A stretch of DNA of 63,994 nucleotides, filler included, from Reticulomyxa filosa (GCA_000512085.1; 24 parts of 24 records of this genome joined end to end with filler, not necessarily neighbours in it), one strand, 5' to 3'; positions 27,652-40,582 are shown, numbered from the whole stretch's first letter. A program made the numbers and translations. The notes: generated from the letters alone by a model not told the origin.

Positions 27652-28329
27652 TCGCTTTGTTGTGGTGCAATGATATTCCCCTCAGAACTTTTTGAAGAGC
27701 AGCCACCAAAACTTCAGAAGCTGTCTTTTTGAAATCGTTAAAATGAAAAAAAAAAACTCTTTTATTTTATTCTACAGTTACATATATTTAGAATGCTTTA
27801 TATGTATCCGTTTTCAATCTGTGCCAATGTAAATGAGCAAAATTATAATAACCTATACAATCATTTCGCTATGAATACTACTTTAACAGTACTAACAAAT
27901 CTATCGATACAAAGGTACATTTTTTTAGGATAATTGATGGATTCCTTTTTTTTTTTGAGTTTTCGATTGATTTATATTATTGTTTCAATTTCGAACATAT
28001 TCTTTGATGAAACAACTAAAAATACAGAACAGGTCTTTTTCTTTTGAATTGATTTTATATTTTATATCACTTTTTTAATAAAAAACTTTTGAAGAATTTT
28101 CCGTTTTGATGCAAATTGGAAAAGCTGCGTAGAGAAACATTTGTTTAAGTGAAAAATAGATTAAAAACTTGTCAATTTCAAGATATTATTTCAGTACATG
28201 AGCAAATTATAGATGTACAGTAAGTTGCAAAAACCTAAAGTGCCCCTTATGATCGATTTTTTACATGAAAACAAACATTTAAATCCAATTTTTTAAAATA
28301 TCTAGTTTTTAATATGAAATTAGTTTTAC

Positions 28330-28550
28330 TGTAGGGTAAAGCCCTATTATACAAGTTCAAATAAAGGAACTGTGGGACCCCCTGTGGGTTAAACCTTCTT
28401 AACAACACAACTCACTTTGTTTTAGTTTCTTTAGTTTTTTCTTGCATTGAGTCGCAATTATTCTCGTTAATTTACTTTCCTTTTCCTAAAATTACTTTTC
28501 GGAACTAAGTTTCCTTTCGTATTACACTTAGTCCCCTCACTGTTCCTACA
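28330..28550. mobile_element. Candidate solo LTR, 221 bp
   Basis: Begins TGTAGG and ends CCTACA (TG...CA with 6-bp inverted ends); flanked by TTAC/TTAT (imperfect 4-bp TSD); internal AATAAA; more GC-rich than its flanks. Confidence 0.6.
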
Positions 28551-28991
28551 TTATAATAATTCTTTAGGATGATAAAAACATTATTTTTCCATATGATTTT
28601 TGAAAATTTTGCGGATAAAACGAATATATATTGATACTATGAAACTTTTAAATCTTTATTTCCTTTTTTGAAATCTTCAAATCCGTAGACACTTTTTTAA
28701 AATTAGCATTGTATCTTTTGTAGTTTTTGAGAATATTCAACTCTTAAATTTAACTTTTTGAATTTTAGCTTTGAAATTTTATTTTATGTCAATTTTTTGA
28801 ATTTTTATTTTATTATTTCATTGATTTTCTTTGCTTTAATTATTGATTATTTTTTTAGTTAGCTTGAAACTTTTTTTAACACAAGTTTTTGAATTGTATG
28901 TGACACAATTTTGAATGGAGTTAGTTTTGTGAAAACAAGTACCAAAAAAAATGACTTATTATTCACAAGTAACGCCAACAAGCAAAAAAGA

Positions 28992-31900
28992 TCAGAATGT
29001 TCCTCCGTATTGTCCTACAAAAAACTTCTGTTGAGATGTTAAACTATTTACGTTTTTCCAAATACTACCTTTCATTGATAAAGCACTTTGCATGCCCACT
29101 TTCCAGATAAGATCCACAGAACTCGTTTTAGTTAAATCGAAAATTTTGCTACTATTACTACTCCATAATCGAATTGTTCCATCATCAGAACATGACACCA
29201 ATTTTGAGCCATCAGGTGATACGTGAATGCAATTAACAGCTCCATTATGTCCTTCTAATACTTGAATTTCTTCAAGAGAAGAAATATCCAATATTCGAAT
29301 GGTTTTGTCACTTGAATATATAATAATTTTGGAACCATTTGACGATAACTGTACTCCATTTATCAACCCCTGACACCTGCCTGAACTGCAGCATCTTTTT
29401 CCAGTCAACATATCATAAAGTTGAATTCGATTATATGAACAATAAATAATTTTAGTGCCATCTGGAGATACTTGTATTTCTGTAATAAAATCGTATCCAT
29501 TTATTGATAGAATTAGGTTTCCAGATGATATATCATATATTTGAATTCTTCTATCTATTAAACCTAATATAACTTTAGATTCATCTCGTGAAAATTGCAT
29601 TACTCGTACATCTGAAAAAGATTCAATATCTTTAAGTATACGCCTGGATAGTATACACCATAATCTTACCCTTCTATCTGCAAGAGTAAGCAGTTTGGAC
29701 CCATCTATAGAAAGTTGTACTCTCTTTATGCCAGAATATTCTTCAAAGCAGTAAATTAGTTCTCCTGATGTTATATCCCACATGTTGACTGTCCTATCAT
29801 CCAACGAATATGACAGAAATTTGGAACCATCTGGTAAAAATTTTACTTCCCGCACTCGACCTGAATGCTCTTTCAATAGTTGAAGTTGCTTTCCCGATAA
29901 CACGTCCCATATTCGAATTGTTTTGTCATCTGAATATGACAAAATTTTAGAGCCATCTGGTGAAAATAGAACTCCACATACAATATTTGAATGACCTTCA
30001 AAAACTCGAATTTGTTTCCCAGATTGTGTATCCCAGAGCCTAACTGTTTTATCTGCTGAAGATGACACAATCTTAGAACCATCAGGTGAAAATTGTACTC
30101 CTGTTAGAATATCTAGGTATTTGTCTGTTAGTTGGAAGTTTCTTTCTAGAGCCAGATCCAGTACGTGGATAGTAATACAACATATTAAAATTTTCGGTTC
30201 TTTTGGAAAAAATTCCACACATTCTATACAAGTGAAATGTTCAAACCATCGAATTTGCTTTCCAGACAAAACATCCCATACTCGTACTGTATAATCATTC
30301 GAATTAGACACAATTCTAGAGCTGTCAGGCGAAAATCGTGCTGCTAGTATATTTCCCGTATGTTTTCCTAGCACATGAATTTGTTTTCCAGAAGACAGAT
30401 CCCAGATCTGGATTGTTTTATCTTTTAAGCATGACAAGATCTTTGAGTCGTCTGGTGATAATTCAATTTTTGTTATAGGTATATGTCCTTCCAAAATTTG
30501 GATTTGTTCACCTGATGATATATCCCATATTCTGATAATGGCGTCGTCGGAGTATGATACAATTTTTGATCCATTCGATGTAAATTGCATCTTATGCATA
30601 TGACTTGAATGCGCTTTTAATAATGGAAATCGCATCTCGGATGATACATCGTATATTTGAATTGTATCGTCTTTTAAACCGTATACAATTTTGGAACAAT
30701 TGGGTGAAAATTGAGCCATTTCTACTTGATTTAAGTACTCTTTCAACGAACCAATTTGTTTTCCAGAAGCCACGTCCCATATTTTAATTGTATAATCCCT
30801 TGAAAAAGACATAACTTTAAAGCCATCCGCTGAAAATTTTGCTACAGGTAGGCATTCGTCCAACAATTCAGTTTGTTGACTTGATAATATATCGTATATA
30901 CAAATATTAAAGCAGCATAACATAATTTTGGAACCATTAGGTGAAAATTGTACAATTGTTTCTGGACTTGCAACCCATTTCAACACGTGGAGTTGTTTTC
31001 CCGACAAGGCATCCCATATTCGAACAGTCGCATCGTATGAACAAGACACTATCTTTGTTCCATCCGGAGAAAATTGAATCGCATATACTCCATTTGAATG
31101 CCCTCGTAGACATTCATATCCTCCAAAGTATACGCCATTCATTGATGCATTTGTGAAATTGACTTTGTCCAAGCAAGATTGATAAAAACTCACATGATCT
31201 AAATTGGCATTAGTAAGATTAGTCCCTTTAAGAAGTGCACGGTCTAAAATTGCATAAGGAATTTTAATGTTATTCCAATTTTGATGATCCATGTTTACAT
31301 TTGCTGAGCTGAGTATGGTGATTGCGTTTGCTGCGGCAATGCTCACCCGCTCATTGTTTTTTGATGACTCAACGATCTGAAATAGTCTCGATGTTAGATT
31401 TGTGAATATTGGATTAATATCGTGGATTCTTTCTGCAATAAAATGAATAATTCCTAATTCTTCATTTAACAATTTACAATTAATAAACAACTTCGAAACA
31501 TCTGTTTCAAATTTTTGTTGAGATTGTTGAACAATAATATTAGGTTTCCATGAAAGGATGTCAAATATGATTTTTTGTGCTGCACAGTATTCTTGACACG
31601 ACTTATGTAGAAATTGATATTTATTATCACCAGATCTTCTTAGTACATATTTTTGCGACACTATCACCACTGAAGTACTTATCCCAAATATTTTGTGTCT
31701 TTACAACTAAACTATTGATAGTTTTGTTCATTGTTTTTTCTTGTAACTTTTCATCCATATACTTAGCCTCTGTTTCCTTTGCTGAATCTAATTTACTCAA
31801 AATGTTATCATTTTCATATCCTTCATAACCACTTTCTGTTGCAACTTGATTTCCTTGAGTGAACATTTCAAACGCTAAATCTTGACAATATTGTTGAAAT

Positions 31901-34900
31901 ACTGACTTGATTTTTTTGGCATTTGTTTGAATTCGTAATTCTGATAATTTAATTGAAATACGTTCAACATGGGTGTCAATCCATTGTTCATTGAACTCTT
32001 CGTACACTTGTGACTTTGATATTTTAGTTCCAATTGGATATTGTTTCATTAACGATGGTAATACAGTTAATATCATTTGAAGTAAAAATGGCTCTTCCAT
32101 CATTTTATTTAAACTTGGGTAATTGCTCAACAATTTCTCATTTAGTTGTACTGTCCAATCCAAATTATCATTTACTTTATTGTTTTTATTTAGTTTCACA
32201 AATTTATCAATATATTCATTTATCTGTTCCTTTGAAAAAGGCCACAAATATATCATTGAGGTCATCATGTTTTTTGAACCAATTAAAACATGTTGAATAT
32301 CTTTATCATTTAATACATGACTTCGACACGTTACTATAATTTTTGCATTCCATTCACTTAAATTGAATCGATCGTAAAAATATCTCTTCGTGCTATCTTT
32401 ATTATATTTGCCAAATATTTGATCAAATCCGTCCAAAATAAACACAAACGACATATTTTCACGAACGACATCAATTATCTCTTTGTTGATTTGTCTTGTT
32501 TGTAAAGCTTGAGAGATTATCTGTTTTTCATTCAATTCATCGTACCATTGCGGCAGCGATATATAGACAGGAATAGATATCGTAGAACCATTTATATATG
32601 ATTCCCATAAAAATTGTTCTAAATGACGACAAAATAAACTCTTTCCTGACCCCGATTTTCCTTGTAATATCATTATTTGTTGTTTTTGTTGTTCACTTTT
32701 CTTTTCATCTTTTTCTTCCAACAAATCAATTATATGTTGGTGACAATCATACATATTGTTTTTTTTGTTATTATCGTCGTCGATATATGGGTAATCATTT
32801 GCTTGCAATGTTATATATGTCTCAAGGGCTTGTGATATGGCTATATCTTCTTCTAATTCTTGTTTTTTTGATTTTTTAAGATCAATACAACATCAGCACA
32901 ACTTGCTGGATTCATTTCACCCATAATGTATTTCTTGAAATATTCAAATAAAATAACATAAATAGCCTTTCCTTTTAAATGTATCGGATTGAATTTGCAA
33001 AGTTGATCGTAAACAAATTTGGTCAATATTAATGAAATATCATTGCTTGCATTAATTTGTTCTTCGGTTTTATTTTTTAATTGTGGAGGTTTTAGTATCC
33101 GAATTTCTGAATGTGGTTTAAAACGAGTTGCAATTTTCTTTATTTCCTTTTCATCAATCCATTCACAGATTATATCATTGAATTTAATCAATGTTACATC
33201 ACTTGCTTGTTTTAATTCCTCTTCCGACGTATTACTGGGTTTCCATCCTCGAATGTATTCATAAAATAAATGAGACAATTTTGGATTCTCAATATCAGAA
33301 TACCCTTCCAATGTCGTAAATTTTTTTAATGTTGCTTGCATTTCCACATAAACATCATACTTTGGAACATATAATTTAACAGAGTGAAATCTATAATGTG
33401 TTTTTGATTGCCTGGTAAAAAAATCTTCATCTTCAGAAACTATCAGATTAAATTGTTCCGCTTTTTTTATGACCGTCATAATCGACTGTAGTTGCGTTGG
33501 ATTATCACATAAAATTGTAAATCTTCCAACATCAAATGCTTGCTTGCAATCGTTGCCGTAATCAAAGTGTATTTGTTCTAACAACTTTGCTCTATCTTTT
33601 ACTTTCAATGGCTTTACCACAGTAATTAAATGTTTTTGTAATTCTATCATTAAATTAATTATTTCCGTGCTCAGAATTGCATTTTCACTTCTTGTTATTA
33701 AATCTTCTAAATTTATTGCATGTTGTAATATTTTTCTGGCTTGCAGTTGATACGTCAATCCGAATTTAATTGAATAATAGCATTGATAGTGATTACTTTT
33801 AGTAGGAAGTGAAGTATCATTGTCACAAATTGAATGCTCCGAATCAAGAAAAAGTACCTTTACGACAGAGGCAACAGTTGATTGTTTACAATTTGGACAA
33901 TTGTAGAATGTTTTATCAGGTATAAATGTGATAGCATCAAATCCAATGTTTACCCATACCAAAAGTTTTGCTTTTGATGCCAAACAATCTTTATTTACGC
34001 AGTAGCCCTGCAAATTTATTCCTGGCTTCGTTTCTCCAATTTCCTCAATTTCTTCTTCTTTTTTTTCTATTTTATCTGATGGCTTTTCTTCAATTTTTTC
34101 GTCTTCTGTTTTCTTTGGTTGGCATTAACAAAACAATATTAAATATATGTAAATAAATAAATGAAGTTGATTATAATAGATTAAACCTGTTCATTTATTT
34201 TATCTTCTATTGGCTCTTCTATCTTCTTTGTCTTTGGATCTTCATCTTGAATTTCAGACTTTTTTCATTTTGTTATAGCAAATATGTCATCAAAAAGAAA
34301 TGCCGTATTTTGTCTTTGAACAAAAATATACATTTGAATTCAGCAATGTGGCAATCATCTTTTCAACAGCCAAGCCTATGTTTCCATTATTTTCTTCAAG
34401 TTTTTTCTTCACTTCCTCTTCTCCTTTTTTGTCAATTATATCTGTGCATAATTTGAGTAATGCCTTCATTTCTGTCGCATATCTTCCTTGCTCTAATTTT
34501 TGATCTTGCATTCCTCCTAATAGTTTTATACTATCTTTGTTATTGTGACAACTTAGGATTCGATTCACATTCAATTGGGTTTCATCATTGTAAATTGTCG
34601 CCTTGACCTTGTGATCAAACACCACATCAGCGAATAAACTTTATGAAAAAACAAAAACTATAACTGCATTATATTTCAACTCAATATTTAATAAAAAATA
34701 ACCTCATCTCGTGTAGATATTAGATGATCACAGCCATATATGATACCACCAGCCGCTGCTTTCAAAGTAGTTATTCCTTAATAATACATTACACAAAGGC
34801 TTTTTTTTCATTTTTTTTAATTCAAAAAGTAAGAACGATAAGCGTGTAAATACAGTCTACTATTTGTTTATTTCATAAAATGTGTGATCTTTCATTCTAA

Positions 34901-34951
34901 TTAACCTTGTTGGATATTTTTTATACTTTTGCTTGATTTCAGTTCCTCCAT
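28992..34951 (-). CDS. NLR-like STAND protein: UBA-like/Zn-binding N-terminus, RelA/SpoT-like domain, NACHT, pentapeptide repeats and ~15 WD40 repeats; two 1-nt frameshifts in A-runs
   Basis: Walker [10 protein letters not shown], Walker [18 protein letters not shown], winged-helix [11 protein letters not shown], pentapeptides [25 protein letters not shown]40 [19 protein letters not shown]; small 5' exons near 34951-34906, 34778-34703 and 34625-34330. Confidence 0.85.
33246..33611 (-). other. RelA/SpoT-like synthetase (Pol-beta nucleotidyltransferase fold) domain inside the NACHT-WD40 gene
   Basis: Ordered motifs [13 protein letters not shown] / FDVGRFTI / EDEDFF / HYRFHSV / VEMQAT / SHLFYEYIR parallel the RSH synthetase motifs. 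Confidence 0.65.
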
Positions 34952-36949
34952 TCTTTAGAAATTATGGAATGTCTACACAGGCTGTAGTGACAATAAAAAC
35001 CGGAGTAGACGTTTTAACCCGACTATTTCAATAAACAAAAACACAACGATCAAGAAAGATACTAACTTTTTGCTTTACAGGTATTTGAGAATAAGCAATG
35101 AAAGACAAAAAAAACAGACTCCAAAAATTTGAAAAAAGGAGACGAGGAAAAAAGCTGTTGAGATTTTTTTAGAGTCAACACTATTGTCCTTTCAATTTCA
35201 AATTTACAGATTTTTGGTCTTTTTTGCAGTAAAAAATATCTTGCTTCATTTCTATGTTCAGGATGCTCTACAACAGTGACAACCTTTAAAGGTTTTATTC
35301 AAAGTTGTATTATGCTTTTCTAAAGAGCATGTTTTATACATTGATTTTGTTTTTGTTTAAGAAAATTTAATTTGTTGAATACTGTTCATTTCATTTTTAT
35401 GTGCAAGGTTTTTATAAGAGTATTGCACCAAGTTTTGTTCCTTGTAAGAAAGAGATTATTAGCAATTTAGGTTCTCTGTAAAAAGAAAATAAGATAACAC
35501 ATTATCAGTGAACTCTTCATAACTGAGATGTAAGCCCACTTGTCTTCTGTTAAACCAATTGCTTCTGAAGCATTTTTAAATTTTAATTACCTTTCTCTTG
35601 CTACTGCACTAAATTGTTATTGTACCCAAGTTTTTACAAACAAAAACTCGCTTTTTAATAATGAGAGTGATACAACCTCATTAATGTCATATTTTTTTTT
35701 TATTGTTTGTTGCATTTAATTTATTTTCGGTACAACAGCTACTACTTTTTTTATTAAAAATCATTGCGAAATTCAAGAAACTCGAAAAGAGTATTTTAAT
35801 TTCTACTTTGCAAACGAATAAGCCTGACAAAGTTCGTTGCAATAAACATTATAATAGATGTTGTTTTTTCATCTGACATATCGAAAAAACATAGTCACTC
35901 CATGGATATTAAATCGCAAATGCATGTGCTATATTTTTACTGAGTACAATTAATATTCATGCTATCTTTTTTTTTATTCCGTTTTTACTTCTATTTGATG
36001 ACAGACTAAAATCTTTTTTTCAGTACATAGCTGTTGCAACGACGTCCCTATTTTTTTAAATGTTAGCAAAAAAGAAAATCACATTTAAAGAAAGAGTCTA
36101 CTCCAAAGTAAACAATCTACAACAGGACTCCATTTTTGTGGGTCCTTTTGAGATAAAGACAGAGAACATAGCCGCAAAGCCAAGTATCCTCAGTACTAAG
36201 TCGATTGTGCACCCTTCTTCTATCTGGTAACAATCAAGTGTTTGTTATCTTGCTGCTTTGCACGAAAAATAAGTCGCATTTTATTTATGGGAGTTTTCGT
36301 TTTCTCGTAAATTTGTTTTTTTAGGTCTAAAACGGTGTCTTTTGATTCAATGTTTACCGAATAAGTGCTACGGTATAACTTCTGATAAAGCTGAAAACAG
36401 AAAGTTTGTCAATACAACGCACATTAGTAAAATCTTCACGAATTTCTAAAGACAAAATAATTGAACAAATATTTGCATCATATTGTCACGTTTAGTGTTG
36501 TCAAACCAACAGAAAAAATATATAAAATTAGGCTGAGCGTTTTTGAAAGAGCTGTTTTTTTTTACCAACAAACGTCAACTAAAAATACATGTATATTACC
36601 CTTTTTTTTTTTCTCGAAGATGTGGCGTTTTCTTTAATAAGTCTTGATTATCGATCACCAACAAAATTTTTATTTGGAGGAAGGAAGTAAAAAAGACAAA
36701 ACTTCCCACAATCTTTTTCTGGAAGCCACTTAAATTGCAATATATATTTTTGAGATTATTTTGGCATGTAACATTTATGATGTGTTGACTGAAAAAAATC
36801 AACAACACTTTCGAAAAAAGATTCATTGCTGATATTTTATTCACTTTTTCATTCCCACTAAATTTTGCATATGCACGTGCGTGGTGTTTTGTGAACCGTT
36901 AAGTCAGAATTTTTTTATTTTAGACTATCTACCAATACACGCTTGCGCA

Positions 36950-37888
36950 ATGGCAGAAGAGTCAGGAAAAGAAGAAATTAAAGATTTTTTAAAAGTATTG
37001 AGACCACAGTATGTGAACAAGATTTTAGAGCAATTATTCGACGTTTTAGAATGTGACGACATGGGAAGCGTAATCGTCCTACCGGATGAAAAATGGCGGG
37101 GTATATTCAAAGCAGTAGGGCTGAGTGAAGGTCAACAACCAAAACTATTGAATGCATTGAACGAATGGCGCAGAAAAAAAAATTTGGAACCACTTGATGT
37201 CAATGCATTTATGAGAGGAGGTACCGAAAAACCGCAGTTAAAAAAAAATAGAGTTGCTCTTTTAGTACATTTTCAGTTTATAAAGTGACCAATGGATTTT
37301 TTATTTTTGGAAAAACATTATTTCATTGTAAACAAACAAAATTGAAAGACCATCAAAACCCGTTGAAGCAAACCCCGAAAGCAGTAAAGAACCCACCAAA
37401 CCAAATATCCAAAATAACGAAGAAATCAAAGAAGAAAAACCAAAATGTGAGAAAGAGCCTTTTCCAAAGGATAGCGAGAAAGCCAAAGAACCTCCTCTAA
37501 AAGATGATGAGAAAGCCAAAGAACCTTCTCTAAAAGATGATGAGAATGCCAAAGAGCATCTCCCAAAGGAGAAACCCAAAGAACTAGTTCCAAAACGAGT
37601 AGAACCTGAAGAACAGCCCACTCCAGCAAAGAGCGAAAGCAAAAGCAAACCCGGCCAAAACATCCTCAACAGTGAAAAAAATGCCACTGACGAAGATGTT
37701 AAAGACGGAGCAACTCCTGTTAAAAAAAAAGGAGAATATGAGCATGGAAAAGTCGAAAAAAAAAAAGAGTATGGAAAAGTCGCAAATGTTAATTCGAGGT
37801 CTGACACTGTTGCTTTTGACTTGAAGGTGATATTGACAATACTGCACATTTTTTTAAATTCGTGCAAATGGAAGAAGAGGAGGAAAAA

Positions 37889-37924
<36 letters not shown>
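36950..37924 (+). CDS. Protein with an N-terminal SAM-like domain and Lys/Glu/Pro-rich repeats, 3' truncated
   Basis: IKDFLKVLRPQYVNKILEQLF...LPDEKWRGIFKAVGLSEGQQPKLLNAL; downstream exon with EKAKEPxLKDD repeats. Confidence 0.5.
37476..37575 (+). repeat. 33-bp coding tandem repeat, about 3 copies (EKAKEPPLKDD)
   Basis: gagaaagccaaagaacctcctctaaaagatgat repeated with few substitutions. Confidence 0.85.
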
Positions 37925-39124
37925 NNNNNNNNNNNNNNNNNNNNNNNNNNNNNNNNNNNNNNNNNNNNTTAATTAATTAANNNNNNNNNNNNNNNNNNNN
38001 NNNNNNNNNNNNNNNNNNNNNNNNATATATATTATGTGTTTAAAATAGAACATCACATTGTGATTAGAAAAAAAAGGATATGGGGTAGAAACCACCCCTG
38101 TCTCCGAAAGTAGAACACCAGGTTTGTTTTCTCTTTTTTTTTGGACATATTTAAATATTGTGCTTATATTATAGGTTCCCCCGCTGACAAAGATCGTTCC
38201 AGTATAGTTCCCCCCATCTTCACACAAAAAAAATAAAAAATGAAAAATAAAATGGGGTTGAAATCCACTCTGTCTCCGAAAGGAGTAAAAAAAGTATAGC
38301 TATGTTTATATTTATGTTTTTGTATATATTTTATCAAATATGTGGTTATGTTTGTGAAGAAATATGAAATAGGAATTCCCTCCAAAGAAAAAAAAAATAT
38401 ATAAATATCTTCATTTTCTTCACTAACTTAAAAAATAAATTGTGAAGTGTGCATACAGGAAAAGAAGCGAAAGCCGGAAACCATGTCTCGATAGTCAAAG
38501 TTATAAATATTTTTTTTTGTTCTTAAAAAATACATAATATAACTTTGTTTGTATGTTTGTATGTGTCAAATCACCAAAAAAAGTTTGTATTGATTGAAAG
38601 TGATTTGTGGGAAAAGTATAAAAAAAATGGTTGAATAAAAAAAGAATATAATTAAAAAATGAAAAGGGATAGAAAAAAAAAAGGATATATAAAAAAGAAA
38701 AAAGAAAGAAAAAGAAAATGGAAAAAAAGAAAAAAGAAAATATAAAAAAGAGAAAAAAAGAAAAAGAAAGATTATAATTAAAATTTTTTTGGAAAGAATG
38801 GTTGGATCCAGTTGTGGATAGCAAAGTTAATGATATCCTTTTTTTGTTTATATTTGTTTAAAAATATGTCTTAATCAAAACAATGTGGACATGGACAAAA
38901 TGTTAAAATTGTATTATACTGTTGTCAAGTAAGATTGTCAGGAAATGATTAACATCATTGATTCGAATACTTTTGAAAGAAGATTGAAGTTAAGAACAAT
39001 TGATTATTTGTACCTTTCTTTCTANNNNNNNNNNNNNNNNNNNNNNNNNNNNNNNNNNNNNNNNNNNNTTAATTAATTAANNNNNNNNNNNNNNNNNNNN
39101 NNNNNNNNNNNNNNNNNNNNNNNN

Positions 39125-40482
39125 CGAAGAAAATAGTTGATTTTGGATAAATGCATGCAATGACGCAGAAGCAATAACGATGTCTGTAGATGATCCAATT
39201 GCACGATAGTATCGAATGTGAAATCTAAATTATTCACTTTTTGTTCCATAACAGCATCCACATCGGTTGGCGTCACAATAGCAATACTTGCCAGTGTTGT
39301 TGTAAAAGAAGAGCAATGACGTATTCCACGATGGCTATCTGTTGGAGGTGTTAACGACAGCCACTTACTTTTTGACAAATTTACCACCAATCCATGAGAT
39401 TCGCCCAGGTTCCTCATGGATACCAATGATGAAGAGACAGAATCAATTGTACCAGCCATTGTCAAATCGTCGTGGTATGCTGCCCAATAGCACGCGTGAT
39501 TATGCAAAGAATTTTCCAAGGCATCAGCCAAGACCATTGCGAATAAGGATCCACTGAGTGGATCTCCTTGTTGTATGCCAGTACAGGACGGAATGGTTTC
39601 CCCCGTTGGCAGAAACAGTGACTAATGTTTCACATAGCAACCATGAACATACTTGAATAATGATGGGAGACGCGAACCGACTAATTCCAATAGTTTTTTA
39701 CGACGTATAATATTGAAGGCGTTTTTGAAATCGACTTTGACTGCGACTCGGTTTTTGTCCTTGCTTGCCCATTGGACAGTCGCTTTAAATCCATGTACGA
39801 ATACTTCCACACCTGAAGGGACGTTGATTCCAAACTGTTTCGCACCCACCGCTTGTTGCACTTTGTGTTTGTGCCTTGTGGAGAGGATTGCTGCTGCCGT
39901 ACGTCGAAGTAAACATCCAATTGCTATCGGCCTAGGGGATCCGTCTGGTTTTGGAATAGCGATCAATCGAGCCCCATATGCGATTGCTGCACCCTCCACA
40001 TTTACTTTGTCTTCACCAATGAGTTGTGCCACCTGTGTCCATTGACTCACAACACCTGATTCCACTTCAAAAGGGATCATGTCCAGGAGGTATTGCGCTG
40101 AGAAAAAATCAGGACCACCTGAAGAAGAACGACGTAGCTTCTGTACGTATGCAATTACTTCTTCTTTCGTAAATGGGTTTCTTGGATGTGAATTAAATGA
40201 CTCTAAATCAATCTTTGGTTCTTCCTCGCTTGGATGTTTCGCTTTAAGTGCATCTATTGTGCACTTGTCGTATGTCGATCGTCCTTGGGAGTGAAGTGCT
40301 CGAAAAGCGTTGGAGTACTCACCCAATGCTGCAAAATTGCGACATGATCGTAGTTTATCGGACTTGGTGGGAGCTCGTGCGGGTTTTAACGAGTGGGACG
40401 AAATTTCTCTGGAATGATCTATAAATTCGTTCCATAACGACTGGAGGTCTTTTTGCTTCCAACGACGAATTCTATCCCGAAT
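39125..40482 (-). mobile_element. Non-LTR retrotransposon reverse transcriptase, CRE/SLACS-like clade; one in-frame stop
   Basis: SSGGPD, LIAIPKPDGSPRPIAIGCLLRR, QFGINVPSGVE, KVDFKNAFN, GIQQGDPLSGSLF, YHDDLT, GLVVNLSKS in one frame across the contig, with TAG at 39622-39624. Confidence 0.92.
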
Positions 40483-40582
40483 NNNNNNNNNNNNNNNNNN
40501 NNNNNNNNNNNNNNNNNNNNNNNNNNTTAATTAATTAANNNNNNNNNNNNNNNNNNNNNNNNNNNNNNNNNNNNNNNNNNNN

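Noticed and set aside
25646-40482. Defence-island-like clustering of the NLR-like gene with the reverse transcriptase (retron/DGR-like system)
   Set aside because: They lie on different contigs separated by linkers, and the RT has non-LTR retrotransposon motifs rather than retron or DGR motifs
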